A stretch of DNA of 64,000 bases from an uncultured Pelagibacteraceae bacterium (GTDB taxonomy: Bacteria; Pseudomonadota; Alphaproteobacteria; Pelagibacterales; Pelagibacteraceae). Shown here in pieces: positions 6,294-16,529 of the stretch. The stretch covers positions 12,066 to 76,065 of the forward strand of contig CACFTO010000001.1 in the NCBI GenBank assembly GCA_902569245.1, in the 5' to 3' direction. The translations under genes and the position numbers were made by a program. Each line of letters begins with the position of its first letter. Within the stretch, counting starts at the first letter, position 1. Under the pieces are notes generated by a model. The model was not told where the DNA came from. It did no database searches and saw nothing but the letters and a program-made list of their open reading frames with translations.

Positions 6294-7937
6294 TTAGTAT
6301 TTTATATTCTTATCTCTCAAAACTTCCTGCATAGGTACAAGATAATTTTTATACTTTTTCCATTCTACTGAGGTATTCATTTTTATTTTTTCTCTTACTT
6401 GTTGATGTGAAGCTGTAGTGACTGGTCTATTAGTCTTTTGGTATTGTAATAATTGACTTTCCCACTGCAAGTTCAAGTGATCTAAAATTTTTTTGGTATT
6501 TGCTTCAAAGTCTTTAACAAAAATTTCATAATGAATATCTAGAATATTTTTTTTATATTTTTTTGTCCAAAAATCCATTAATTCTAAGTACATTGAATAA
6601 TATTCAGCAACATCTCTTTGATTTAAATTAAAATCTAAACCATTATCTATAAAGAAATTTTTGTAGTTAGACCAACAAACTGCCATTGGGTTTCTTTTTA
6701 TGTGTATAATTTTCGCCTCAGGAAATGCTTTAATAATAAAACCAATCCATCTAAAGTTTGAAGGTAATTTATCAACTATAAAATCAGAGTTAGAAATTTG
6801 AGAAATTTGACTATAGTAATATTTTCTTATTTCATAAAAATAATCTTGAATATTATTTGGTTTTTCTAACCCTGATTTATCAATTATTTTTTGTAAATAA
6901 TTAAGTTCACCAGCTCCATAAATTTTTGAATGTGTGGATAAAATTTGTTCTAGAAGAGATGTGCCTGATCTTGGCATTCCGATAATAAAAATAGGTTTTA
7001 TTCTAATTTTATCTTTAAAATCCAAATTATTATTACTTATATCTGCAAAAAAAGATTTTATTTTATCAAATAAAATTTCTTGTTCTTTCATAGAAAAGCT
7101 AGAATTTTTTCTTTTTAATGAATTACATTTATCAAGACAATCAAATGCAAGATCAATTTTATCCATGTCAAAGTAGCATTTACTTAATGCATCTAGAAAT
7201 AAAATTTTATTTTCATAATTCAAAGTCGATAAGTCTAAGTTTTTGAAAATTTTAAATATAATATTTGATTCATCTATCTTAAGTGTTGAAACATAATTTC
7301 TAAAGCTAGGAATGTTGAATTTATCAATTTTGATTATGTTTTCAAAATACTCTCTTGCTTTTGAGGTATTGCCTAAAAAGAGATGTGTAGTTCCAAGGTT
7401 ATAAAGTGTCTTTAAATTTTTTGGATCTAAATTTAAAATTTTCTCATATATTTCAATTAATTTCTCATAACTATTATTCTCTTTAAGGATTGTTGATAAG
7501 TTTATAAGTGCTGCGATATTATCATTTTTGAAATTAATAGCTTTTTTATAATGATAAATAGCTTCATCTTTTTTATTAAGTGATTTTTTTACATTACCTA
7601 AATTATTATGTGCCTCTGAAAATTTTGGTTTTATTTTTAAAGCGTTTTCAAACGATATGGCAGCTTCTTTAAATTTGTTTAATTTTTTTTGGATATTTCC
7701 TAAAGTGTAATAATTATCAGCATTTTTTTCTATTAATAAAAGTTTTATAAAATATTTTTCTGCTTCAATAAAGTTTTGCATTTGAATTGAACTTATCCCC
7801 AATATTCGGATAATTTGTATATTATTAGGTGAATGTTTAAGTAATTTAGTACCATTCTGTACTACATCTAAAAATTTTTTTTTATTAAAAAAAGTTATTA
7901 GTCTTTTTTTTTCTTTGTCAAAATTATTTGAATTCAT
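6294..7937 (-). CDS. TPR repeat-containing sulfotransferase
   Basis: N-terminal TPRs; PIFIIGMPRSGTSLLEQIL, GAGEL, DKLP, RNPMAVCWS. Confidence 0.88.
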   Translation of the reverse strand: MNSNNFDKEKKRLITFFNKKKFLDVVQNGTKLLKHSPNNIQIIRILGISSIQMQNFIEAEKYFIKLLLIEKNADNYYTLGNIQKKLNKFKEAAISFENALKIKPKFSEAHNNLGNVKKSLNKKDEAIYHYKKAINFKNDNIAALINLSTILKENNSYEKLIEIYEKILNLDPKNLKTLYNLGTTHLFLGNTSKAREYFENIIKIDKFNIPSFRNYVSTLKIDESNIIFKIFKNLDLSTLNYENKILFLDALSKCYFDMDKIDLAFDCLDKCNSLKRKNSSFSMKEQEILFDKIKSFFADISNNNLDFKDKIRIKPIFIIGMPRSGTSLLEQILSTHSKIYGAGELNYLQKIIDKSGLEKPNNIQDYFYEIRKYYYSQISQISNSDFIVDKLPSNFRWIGFIIKAFPEAKIIHIKRNPMAVCWSNYKNFFIDNGLDFNLNQRDVAEYYSMYLELMDFWTKKYKKNILDIHYEIFVKDFEANTKKILDHLNLQWESQLLQYQKTNRPVTTASHQQVREKIKMNTSVEWKKYKNYLVPMQEVLRDKNIKY

Positions 7938-7963
7938 TAATTATTTGTTATAATTTAAAAATA

Positions 7964-8605
7964 ATGAAAAAAGAAGAATTGCCAAAAATTTTACCAGTAT
8001 TCCCACTATCAAACTTCATTATCTTTCCAAGAACCACAGTTCCATTAAATATATTTGAACCAAGATATATTCAAATGGTTGATAAAAGTATGAAAAGTGA
8101 CCGAATTATTGGTATGATTCAGCCAAGAAAAACTGGAGAACTAAAAAAACCTGATCTACATAGTGTCGGCTGTGCTGGGAAAATAACCAGTTTTAATGAG
8201 ACAGATGATGGACGATACCTGATAATTTTGAACGGAATTTGTAGATTTAAAATTATGGGGGAAATAAATAATGAAAATTTATATAGAGAGTGTGAGGTTA
8301 AGTATGAGGAATTTTCAAATGATTTAATAGAAAAATCTGATGAAATCAAATTTTCTGATTTAAGACTAATTTTTCAAAATTTAAAAGGTTTATTTAAAAA
8401 ACAAGGATATGAAATTAATTGGAAAGAAATTGAAAAACAGAGTTTAGATCAAACTATTAATACTCTTTCTATGGCATCGCCATTTTCTTTAGAAGAAAAG
8501 CAGGTTTTGCTTGAAAGCAAAGACTTAAACATGAGAAAAGAAAAATTAGAAGAAATTCTAAATACTTATATTTTAGACAACTTTAATAACAAAACATTAC
8601 AATAA
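7964..8605 (+). CDS. LON peptidase substrate-binding (N-terminal) domain protein
   Basis: LPVFPL...PLNIFEPRYIQMV, VGCAGKI, TDDGRY. Confidence 0.88.
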   Translation: MKKEELPKILPVFPLSNFIIFPRTTVPLNIFEPRYIQMVDKSMKSDRIIGMIQPRKTGELKKPDLHSVGCAGKITSFNETDDGRYLIILNGICRFKIMGEINNENLYRECEVKYEEFSNDLIEKSDEIKFSDLRLIFQNLKGLFKKQGYEINWKEIEKQSLDQTINTLSMASPFSLEEKQVLLESKDLNMRKEKLEEILNTYILDNFNNKTLQ

Positions 8606-8622
8606 ATTAATTTTTAGATAAT

Positions 8623-9684
8623 TTAATTTGAAAAAAACGTAGCGTAATCATTTAAAAATTTATTACCTTTAAAAATTTTAAACATTGGTTCAGACAGATT
8701 GTTTTTAAATTTATTATCAAGATTAAAGAAGGAATTAATTGAGTCTATTCCAACACCGTACATAAAGTTCAAATGTTTATTATTTTGCTGAAATTTTTGT
8801 GCTATTATTTCACCGTTATCAATACCCAATTTTATATTTTCATCCAAAATAAGAGACAGTGATTTAATATCTCTTATAGTCATGTTAAAACCTTGCCCTG
8901 CTAATGGATGAACTTTATGTATTAAATCTCCAAATGATAAAATATTTTTATAAACATATTTTCTTAGAAACGAAAATTTAATTTCAAATTTCTCAACATT
9001 ACTTATTTTATTTATAACGTATTTTTGATTATAATTATTTATAATTTCCAAAAGTTTTTTTTTATTAATTAATTTGTTTGAATTATTTGAAAATACTATT
9101 GAGGTTTGATAATCAGATAATGGAAGAAATGCTAAAGGTCCATTTTTTGTAAAGATTTGTACAGCTATTTTATTTTCAATTTTTTTATGATTAATTATAG
9201 TGGTATAAGCTGAAGCGTTATAATTTTTCTCTATTTTATTTGGAAAAAATTTTTTAGTAATAGGATTATTATGTTCAGAATTAATAATTAAATTATAATT
9301 TCTTTTATTTATAGATTCAAAACTATAATTTTTATATTTAAGAAATTTAAGAAATTTATTTTTTCTTAACAATTTATAAAATTCAATATATTTCAGTAAA
9401 TAAAAATTATTTTCGTTTTTATTCTTAAATTCAAACAGCTCAGAAGATCTATTCTTCTCGGAATAAATTTTAATTATTGATGTTGGCCAACCTAAATTAC
9501 TAAAGTTTTTAATATTTTCTTTTAAAAATTTATAATTCTCGTTTGAAATTGCAATTGTTCTAATTGTATTTTTTAATATCGGTGCAGGAGTTTGTGAAAC
9601 AATATCAACATTAATCTTATTTTTAAGAAATATATTTGCTAAAACAAGGTTTGTTAAATTGTTTCCTAATAAGCAAATATTCAT
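8623..9684 (-). CDS. UbiH/UbiL-family FAD-dependent hydroxylase (divergent)
   Basis: RTIAI, GPLAFLP, GDLIHKVHPLAGQGFNM; next to ftsK as in other Alphaproteobacteria. Confidence 0.75.
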   Translation of the reverse strand: MNICLLGNNLTNLVLANIFLKNKINVDIVSQTPAPILKNTIRTIAISNENYKFLKENIKNFSNLGWPTSIIKIYSEKNRSSELFEFKNKNENNFYLLKYIEFYKLLRKNKFLKFLKYKNYSFESINKRNYNLIINSEHNNPITKKFFPNKIEKNYNASAYTTIINHKKIENKIAVQIFTKNGPLAFLPLSDYQTSIVFSNNSNKLINKKKLLEIINNYNQKYVINKISNVEKFEIKFSFLRKYVYKNILSFGDLIHKVHPLAGQGFNMTIRDIKSLSLILDENIKLGIDNGEIIAQKFQQNNKHLNFMYGVGIDSINSFFNLDNKFKNNLSEPMFKIFKGNKFLNDYATFFSN

Positions 9685-9747
9685 AATATTATTTAATTTT
9701 ATCAATAAAAATTAAATGATACAAAGTGACAAATCATTAATTACAAT

Positions 9748-11835
9748 ATGAAAATAAAAAATTTCGTTGATAAAACAACTAGTTTTCTCTTTCGAAGACT
9801 TTCAGAGCTTTTAGGGGCAGTTTTGTTGAGTTTATCAGTGTTACTCCTTGTATCATTAGTTAGCTATTCACCTGAAGACCCAAACTTTATTTTTCCAGAG
9901 AGTACTGAGATAAAAAATTTACTGGGTTCAAAAGGTAGCTTCACTTCTGATATTTTATATCAGTCAATTGGTTTAACTTCGTTATTAATACCAATTTCAC
10001 TATTTTTTATATCCCTGTCAGTAATAATTGATAAAAAAATTTTATACATAATTGAAAGTTTATTTTTCATAGTTTTATATTCAATTTCTGGTGCATTGTT
10101 TTTTACTGTATTCCACACTGAGACATTCTGGCTTACAATAAATGGAAATAATGGATTTTTGGGTAATCTATTTGAAGAAACTTTTTTAATAAACTTAATA
10201 AATCTAAATCTCCAAATAAGTTATGTAATTTTAGTTATTCTTGTACTAATTTTCTTTCTATTAAGTATGAATTTTAAGTTAAAATCATTTAAGTATCTTA
10301 CTTCTCTTTTTACTAAATCAAAAAAAATTCCCACTAGAAGTATTGCTGAGAATTATAATGAAAATTTAATGGACGAAAATGATTATAAATATAATGAGAC
10401 CAGAGTTCAGGAAAATTTTTCATTTGATAAGAATATGACTCCCTCCAACAAAAAAACTATTAAATATAAATTACCTTCCTTAGATTTTTTAAAAATTCCA
10501 TCCAAAAAAGATAGGAATTTATCAGAAAATAGAATTGACGAAAAAACTTTAGAAAAGATTTTATTAGATTTTGGGGTTGAGGGAGAGGTTAAAAAAGTAA
10601 GCCAAGGTCCAGTAGTTACATTGTATGAATTTGAACCAGCACCTGGTGTGAAAGTATCAAAAATTATTAATCTCTCAGAGGATATTGCAAGAAATACTAG
10701 TTCCGAATCTGCTAGAATTGCAACTATACCTGGAAGTAATACTATAGGTATTGAGTTACCTAAACCATTAAGAGAAAATGTTTTTTTAAGCGAAATAATT
10801 TCTGACACTAATTTTAAAAAAAAAGACATTAAATTACCAATTGCACTTGGAAAAAGTATTTCAGGATTACCAATAACAGGAGATCTGAGTACGATGCCTC
10901 ATTTGCTTATAGCTGGTACTACAGGATCGGGCAAATCGGTTTGTATAAATACAATTATTTTATCACTTTTATACAAACATTCCCCTGAAAAATGTAAGTT
11001 TATATTAATAGATCCAAAGATGTTGGAACTTTCAACATACGAAGGTATCCCACATTTATTATGTCCTGTTATTACTGAAGCAAAAAGAGCTGCCTCTGTC
11101 TTAGGTTGGGTAGTAAAAGAGATGGAAAATCGATACAAACTAATGACAAAAGTTGGAGTAAGAAATATTGACGGATATAACGAAAAACATAAGATTTCTA
11201 TGCCTTATATCATTGTAATTGTTGACGAAATGTCAGATTTAATGCTTGTAGCTGGCAAGGATATAGAAAATTATATTCAAAAACTTTCTCAAATGGCTAG
11301 GGCTGCAGGAATACATATTATAATGGCTACACAAAGACCAAGTGTTGATGTGATAACTGGAACAATAAAAGCAAACTTTCCAACTAGGATATCATTTCAA
11401 GTTACATCTAAAATAGATAGTAGAACAATTCTTGGTGAACAAGGCGCTGAACAATTACTTGGGAAAGGAGATATGCTTTATATGACTTCAGCAAATAGAA
11501 TGACAAGGATTCATGCACCATTTGTATCAGAAGGAGAAATTGAAAAAATAAATAATTTTTTGAGAAATCAAGCTGAACCAGATTATGTAGACGAAATTCT
11601 TAATTTTGTGGATGAAAAAGAAGGAAGTAGTGATGTGAAAGATAATGAAAACTTAGATGAATTGTATAATACCGCTTTAGAAATAGTCAAATCTGAAAGG
11701 AAAGCATCAACCTCTTTTTTACAAAGAAAATTACAAATTGGATATAATAGAGCAGCTAGAATAGTTGATCAAATGGAAGCAAATGGAGAGATAAGCCAGG
11801 CAAATCATGTAGGTAAAAGAGAAGTTCTCAAATGA
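9748..11835 (+). CDS. ftsK: DNA translocase FtsK
   Basis: N-terminal TMs, HLLIAGTTGSGKS, ATQRPSVDVITG, gamma domain LQIGYNRAAR. Confidence 0.97.
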   Translation: MKIKNFVDKTTSFLFRRLSELLGAVLLSLSVLLLVSLVSYSPEDPNFIFPESTEIKNLLGSKGSFTSDILYQSIGLTSLLIPISLFFISLSVIIDKKILYIIESLFFIVLYSISGALFFTVFHTETFWLTINGNNGFLGNLFEETFLINLINLNLQISYVILVILVLIFFLLSMNFKLKSFKYLTSLFTKSKKIPTRSIAENYNENLMDENDYKYNETRVQENFSFDKNMTPSNKKTIKYKLPSLDFLKIPSKKDRNLSENRIDEKTLEKILLDFGVEGEVKKVSQGPVVTLYEFEPAPGVKVSKIINLSEDIARNTSSESARIATIPGSNTIGIELPKPLRENVFLSEIISDTNFKKKDIKLPIALGKSISGLPITGDLSTMPHLLIAGTTGSGKSVCINTIILSLLYKHSPEKCKFILIDPKMLELSTYEGIPHLLCPVITEAKRAASVLGWVVKEMENRYKLMTKVGVRNIDGYNEKHKISMPYIIVIVDEMSDLMLVAGKDIENYIQKLSQMARAAGIHIIMATQRPSVDVITGTIKANFPTRISFQVTSKIDSRTILGEQGAEQLLGKGDMLYMTSANRMTRIHAPFVSEGEIEKINNFLRNQAEPDYVDEILNFVDEKEGSSDVKDNENLDELYNTALEIVKSERKASTSFLQRKLQIGYNRAARIVDQMEANGEISQANHVGKREVLK

Positions 11836-12392
11836 GAAATTATTTAATTTTTTTTTTTATTTTATTTTTTAATTTAAAAGCACATAGTTCTATAAATCAA
11901 GAAATTATAAATCACTTAGAAAACATAAACTCTTTAGAATTTAAATTTATACAAAAGATTGACAATAATAATATTGAAAAAGGTGAATGTATAATTTTAT
12001 ACCCAAAAAAAATTCTTTGTAAGTATTATGATATTTATAATAAAATCTTAGTTTCAAATGGTAAGTCTCTAGTTATTAATTCAGATAAAATCAAAAATTA
12101 TTATAGATATCCCTTAGATAAAACACCTTTAAATTTTATTCTTGATAAAAAATTTTTAGTTTTAAAAATGAAAGAAGTAGGATACGATAAAAATTATCCC
12201 TTTTATTATGTATTTAATTTTGAATATGAAAATAATTTGATAAAAGTTTTCTTTGATAAAGAAACTTTAGATTTAATTGGCTGGGAAACTAAGGATATAT
12301 ACCAAAATCTTATTCAGACTTTTTTAAGTGATATTAATATTAATATTGATGTTGAAGAAAGAATATTTTCAATACAAAATTATATTAATTAA
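11832..12392 (+). CDS. lolA: Outer-membrane lipoprotein carrier LolA
   Basis: Signal peptide, F.Q, YPLDKTPL motif, follows ftsK. Confidence 0.75.
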   Translation: MRNYLIFFFILFFNLKAHSSINQEIINHLENINSLEFKFIQKIDNNNIEKGECIILYPKKILCKYYDIYNKILVSNGKSLVINSDKIKNYYRYPLDKTPLNFILDKKFLVLKMKEVGYDKNYPFYYVFNFEYENNLIKVFFDKETLDLIGWETKDIYQNLIQTFLSDININIDVEERIFSIQNYIN

Positions 12393-12897
12393 CTTCGATA
12401 TTTATTTTTTCAGATTTAAATACCTGCATGCCTCTCGCTAAATAATTTTTAATTGCATTTTCATGATCTAACGAACAAGTATGTAGCCAAACTCTTGATA
12501 TTCCATCATCAAATAACTTATTAATAGCCTCTGAAAGAAGATAGCCTCCACATTTTTTTCCAAAATATTCCTCTAAAACTCCAAAATAAGCAATTTCAGA
12601 ATGATTGTTGTCTGAGTCTAGGATAGTTTCATAATATCCAGCTAGATTGGAATTATCCTTTAAAATAAAGGTTTTTATTCTTGGATTTTCAACATACTCG
12701 ATCCATTTATTATCACCCCATGATAATCTATCTATCCATCTATGTTTTTTTCCAATTTGTTTATAAAAAAATTTGTTTAATTGGAAATCAGGTGGGTTTA
12801 CTTCAATAATTTTAAAGCTAGGTCCAGGGCTTTTTGAACGATTTAGGTCTCCTATTGAATTTATTTCTAAAAAGCTTCTATCTACATTTATTCTCAC
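12385..12897 (-). CDS. GNAT family N-acetyltransferase
   Basis: YFGVLEEYFGKKCGGYLL, RVWLHTCSLDH..A..NY..RG. Confidence 0.85.
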   Translation of the reverse strand: MRINVDRSFLEINSIGDLNRSKSPGPSFKIIEVNPPDFQLNKFFYKQIGKKHRWIDRLSWGDNKWIEYVENPRIKTFILKDNSNLAGYYETILDSDNNHSEIAYFGVLEEYFGKKCGGYLLSEAINKLFDDGISRVWLHTCSLDHENAIKNYLARGMQVFKSEKINIEVN

Positions 12898-13259
12898 GAG
12901 ACCATTTTACCGATTTTCTCTCCACCAAACAAATGAAAATGTAAATGTGGAACTTCTTGTCCCCCATCTTCGCTTATATTTGCGAGCGCTCTATATCCTC
13001 TGCCAGTATCAACAGATATATTTAATTTCTTTGCTACAATATTTATACCTTTTAACAGTCCTACCATTTCTTCAGGAGATGCATTTAAACTAAAATCGTC
13101 TAAATCAACATATTTTCCTTTTGGGATTACTAAGGCATGAATTTTTTTTTGAGGATTTATATCATGAAAGGATAAAATAAATTCATCCTCATAAATTTTA
13201 TTACAAGGTATCTCATTTCTTAATATTTTTGCAAATATATTATTATCATCGTAACTCAT
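12894..13259 (-). CDS. HIT family nucleotide-binding protein
   Basis: IFAKILRNEIP; GQEVPHLHFH histidine triad. Confidence 0.93.
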   Translation of the reverse strand: MSYDDNNIFAKILRNEIPCNKIYEDEFILSFHDINPQKKIHALVIPKGKYVDLDDFSLNASPEEMVGLLKGINIVAKKLNISVDTGRGYRALANISEDGGQEVPHLHFHLFGGEKIGKMVS

Positions 13260-13261
13260 GA

Positions 13262-14149
13262 TTACATTTTTTCTAGAATAGATTTTACAGTATCACCCAT
13301 AACAGATGGATTTTTAGAAATTGTAATTCCACACTCTTTTAAAATTTCAACTTTTTCAATTGCACTTTCACCATAAGCTGAAACTATTGCTCCCGCATGT
13401 CCCATCACTCTCCCTTTTGGTGCAGTTAATCCAGCTATGTAGGCAATAACTGGTTTCTTCATGTTTTCTTTTGCAAATTCTCCTGCAGCTACTTCCTGGG
13501 GGCCACCAATTTCACCAATCATTAATATTACATCGGTCTCGTTATCTGTTTCAAACTTTTCAATTATATCTCTAAAAGAACTTCCATTTATTGGATCTCC
13601 TCCGATTCCTACACTTGTTGAAACACCTATATTTAAATTTTTAAGTTGTTGAGCGGCTTCATAACCTAATGTACCTGATCTACTAATAATTCCGACGTTT
13701 CCTTCTTTATAAATATGTCCTGGCATAATACCCAACATTGATTTTCCAGGACTAATAATTCCAGCACAGTTTGGTCCAACTAATGTCATTTTAGAACTTT
13801 TAGTATATCTTCTCATGTACCTTTTAATTCTTATCATGTCGTGAGAAGGTATTCCGTCAACAATAGCTACACATATTTTAATTCCAGCATCAGCTGCTTC
13901 CATTGCTGAGTCGGCTGCAAAAGCTGGGGGTACAAATAAAATAGATGCATCAGCCCCTGTTTCATTCACAGCATCTTTAACTGTGTTAAATACTGGTAAA
14001 TCTAAATGCTTAGAGCCCCCTTTTCCCGGTGTTACTCCACCCACTACATTTGAGCCATATTTTATCATCTCATCTGCATGAAAAGAGCCCATTTTACCTG
14101 TAAAACCTTGAATAATTATCTTACTATTTTTATCTACGAGTACTGTCAT
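13262..14149 (-). CDS. mtkB: Malate--CoA ligase alpha subunit (SucD paralog)
   Basis: SucD fold (GPNCAG, SRSGTL, MGHAGA); adjacent to mtkA-like and mcl genes. Confidence 0.75.
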   Translation of the reverse strand: MTVLVDKNSKIIIQGFTGKMGSFHADEMIKYGSNVVGGVTPGKGGSKHLDLPVFNTVKDAVNETGADASILFVPPAFAADSAMEAADAGIKICVAIVDGIPSHDMIRIKRYMRRYTKSSKMTLVGPNCAGIISPGKSMLGIMPGHIYKEGNVGIISRSGTLGYEAAQQLKNLNIGVSTSVGIGGDPINGSSFRDIIEKFETDNETDVILMIGEIGGPQEVAAGEFAKENMKKPVIAYIAGLTAPKGRVMGHAGAIVSAYGESAIEKVEILKECGITISKNPSVMGDTVKSILEKM

Positions 14150-15312
14150 GATTTATTTAGTGCTTCAACTGCTTTATTTGCTGCATCCTCTAAAGTATTT
14201 GCCTCTATATAATTTATTTTACTCTCTTTTAAGATTTTATTTCCTTTTTCGACATTAGTACCTGCTAAACGAATAACTAATGGAACCTTAATTTCAATTT
14301 TTTTTAATGCATCTACAATTCCTTCTGCAACCCAATCACATCTATTGATACCAGCAAAAATATTTACAAGAATTACTTTAACTTTTTCATCCATTGTAAC
14401 TAATTTAAAGGCCTTAACTATTTTTTCAGGTGTTGCTCCACCTCCAACATCTAAAAAATTTGCAGGAGCTCCTCCAGCTAATTTTATCATATCCATAGAT
14501 GCCATTGCTAAACCAGCACCATTAATAATATTACCTATATTCCCATCTAAACTGACATAGTTTAAACCTCTATCTGATGCAAATATTTCTTTTGAATCTT
14601 CTTGTGTTTTATCTCTTAGTTCAGAAACTTGACTTCTTCTAAACATTGCATTGTTATCAAAACTCATTTTACAGTCTAATGCTAAAATTTGTTTTTGTTT
14701 TGAAATTACCAAAGGATTAACTTCTACCATTGTTGCATCTAGTTCACTGAAAGCTTTATAACATCCAATAATAGTATCAGAAGCTCTTCTAATTAAGTCT
14801 GGCTCTATACCAAGACCAAATGCTAATTCTCTAGCTTGAAAATTTTGCATTCCAACTGCAACCTCAATTTTAGATCTAATAATTGTTTCTGGTTTTTCCT
14901 TTGAAATTTCTTCAACACTCATTCCACCTTCTGTTGATGCAACAACCATAATACTTTCTGAGCTTCTATCAAAAACTAATCCCAAATATAATTCCTTTTC
15001 AATATCTGTAGCTTCCTCAATATAAATTCTATTTACAATTTTTCCTTCAGGTCCTGTTTGATTTGTAACTAATTTTTTTCCTAATAATTTGTCAGTTGCT
15101 TGAGCAACTTCTAATGGGGTATTACAAACAATTATCCCTCCAGCTTTTCCTCTTGCACCAGAATGAATTTGTGCTTTTACTACCCATCTTGATCCACCAA
15201 TTTCTCTTGCCTTATTCTCAGCATTCTCTGGGCTGTAAACAATTCCACCCGTAGGAATTGTTACTCCAAAGTTTGAAAGTATTTTTTTTGCTTGATATTC
15301 GTGAATGTCCAT
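14146..15312 (-). CDS. mtkA: Malate--CoA ligase beta subunit (SucC paralog)
   Basis: KAQIHSGARGKAGG and NIFAGINRCDWVAEG, which match MtkA rather than SucC (GGRGKAGG, NIFGGIxRCD). Confidence 0.8.
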   Translation of the reverse strand: MDIHEYQAKKILSNFGVTIPTGGIVYSPENAENKAREIGGSRWVVKAQIHSGARGKAGGIIVCNTPLEVAQATDKLLGKKLVTNQTGPEGKIVNRIYIEEATDIEKELYLGLVFDRSSESIMVVASTEGGMSVEEISKEKPETIIRSKIEVAVGMQNFQARELAFGLGIEPDLIRRASDTIIGCYKAFSELDATMVEVNPLVISKQKQILALDCKMSFDNNAMFRRSQVSELRDKTQEDSKEIFASDRGLNYVSLDGNIGNIINGAGLAMASMDMIKLAGGAPANFLDVGGGATPEKIVKAFKLVTMDEKVKVILVNIFAGINRCDWVAEGIVDALKKIEIKVPLVIRLAGTNVEKGNKILKESKINYIEANTLEDAANKAVEALNKS

Positions 15313-15320
15313 TATTTTAT

Positions 15321-16259
15321 TTATTTATTATGGATTAACTTGTCGATATTTACAATATTTTCAGCCATTCTAGCCGATGCAGCGTCAATCATCCTGCCAT
15401 CCAGCTGAGCAGCTCCTTTGCCCTCTTTAGCAGCCTTTTCTAACTCTTCTAAGATCCTTTTAGCCTTAGTAACTTCTGCTTCTGGTGGAGAGAATACATT
15501 ATTTGCTAGTTCAATTTGTGAAGGATGGATTGCCCATTTACCCTCGATACCAATTGCAGCACCTCTTTTAGCAGCTGCTATATAAGCGTCTGGATCATTA
15601 AAATCTCCAAAAGGTCCATCAATTGCTCTTATTCCATATGCTCTACAAGTCATAACTAATTCGGATAAACCATGATGCCACTGATCACCTGGATAATTTT
15701 CATTAAGACCGCCTATAACAGTGGTTCTCGCTCTTAAACTAGCAGCATAATCTGCAACACCAAAATGTAATGCCTCTAATCTTTCACTTGAAGTTGCAAT
15801 TTCTTTAATATTTGACATACCTAATGCAGTTTCAATTAAACATTCTATTCCAATTTTATTTTTTAATTTTTTATTCGTTTCAATTTGAGTTAATAAACAA
15901 TCTACCATATAAACATCGCTTGCAGTTCCTGCTTTTGGAACTAAAATTGTATCTACATTTTCCCCAGCTTGTTCAACGATCTCGATTAAATCTGAATACA
16001 TATAATGAGTATCTAAACTATTTATTCGTACAGAAATAGTTTTACCACTTCCTCTCCAATCCATTTCATTCAAAGCTTTAATAACATTTGCTCTAGCAGT
16101 AATTTTATCATTAGGAGAAACTGCATCTTCAAGATCTAAAAAAACATAATCTGCAGCTGAACTTAGAGCTTTTTCAAACATTTTAGGTGATGAACCTGGA
16201 ACTGCTAATTCACTTCTTTGTAATCTTGACCTTGCAGGTTTATAAAATTTATGGCTCAT
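15321..16259 (-). CDS. mcl: L-malyl-CoA lyase (CitE/HpcH family)
   Basis: RSELAVPGS, FLDLEDAV, LDTHYMY, GVADYAAS, DGPFGDF, GKWAIHPSQI as in methylotroph MclA. Confidence 0.85.
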   Translation of the reverse strand: MSHKFYKPARSRLQRSELAVPGSSPKMFEKALSSAADYVFLDLEDAVSPNDKITARANVIKALNEMDWRGSGKTISVRINSLDTHYMYSDLIEIVEQAGENVDTILVPKAGTASDVYMVDCLLTQIETNKKLKNKIGIECLIETALGMSNIKEIATSSERLEALHFGVADYAASLRARTTVIGGLNENYPGDQWHHGLSELVMTCRAYGIRAIDGPFGDFNDPDAYIAAAKRGAAIGIEGKWAIHPSQIELANNVFSPPEAEVTKAKRILEELEKAAKEGKGAAQLDGRMIDAASARMAENIVNIDKLIHNK

Positions 16260-16528
16260 TTTTTTCTTTTATCTAATTCGCTCATTACATCTTCAATTTT
16301 AATATTATTTGCCTCAAGGTATATTATTAAATGATAAAATACATCAGCTGCCTCATGAATTTTATTTGAATCCTCTTCTACAGCTTCAATAAGTTCATTT
16401 ATTTCTTCTAAAACTTTAGCTTTACTCAAAGATTTATCGCTCAGAAGTTTGTTAGTATACGAACCATCAACGGGTGAGAATTTTCTTTCTCTTGCAAGTT
16501 TAAATAGGCTCTCAAGGGTATTTAGCAT
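16256..16528 (-). CDS. hisE: Phosphoribosyl-ATP pyrophosphatase
   Basis: SYTNKLL, KVLEE..E, HEAADVFYH; ATG 16528 directly follows the hisF stop. Confidence 0.9.
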   Translation of the reverse strand: MLNTLESLFKLARERKFSPVDGSYTNKLLSDKSLSKAKVLEEINELIEAVEEDSNKIHEAADVFYHLIIYLEANNIKIEDVMSELDKRKK

Positions 16529-16529
16529 C

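Noticed and set aside
13262-15312. Plain sucCD annotation
   Set aside because: MtkA-type signature residues, linkage to mcl and absence of TCA-cycle neighbours favour malate thiokinase, though this is not proven.
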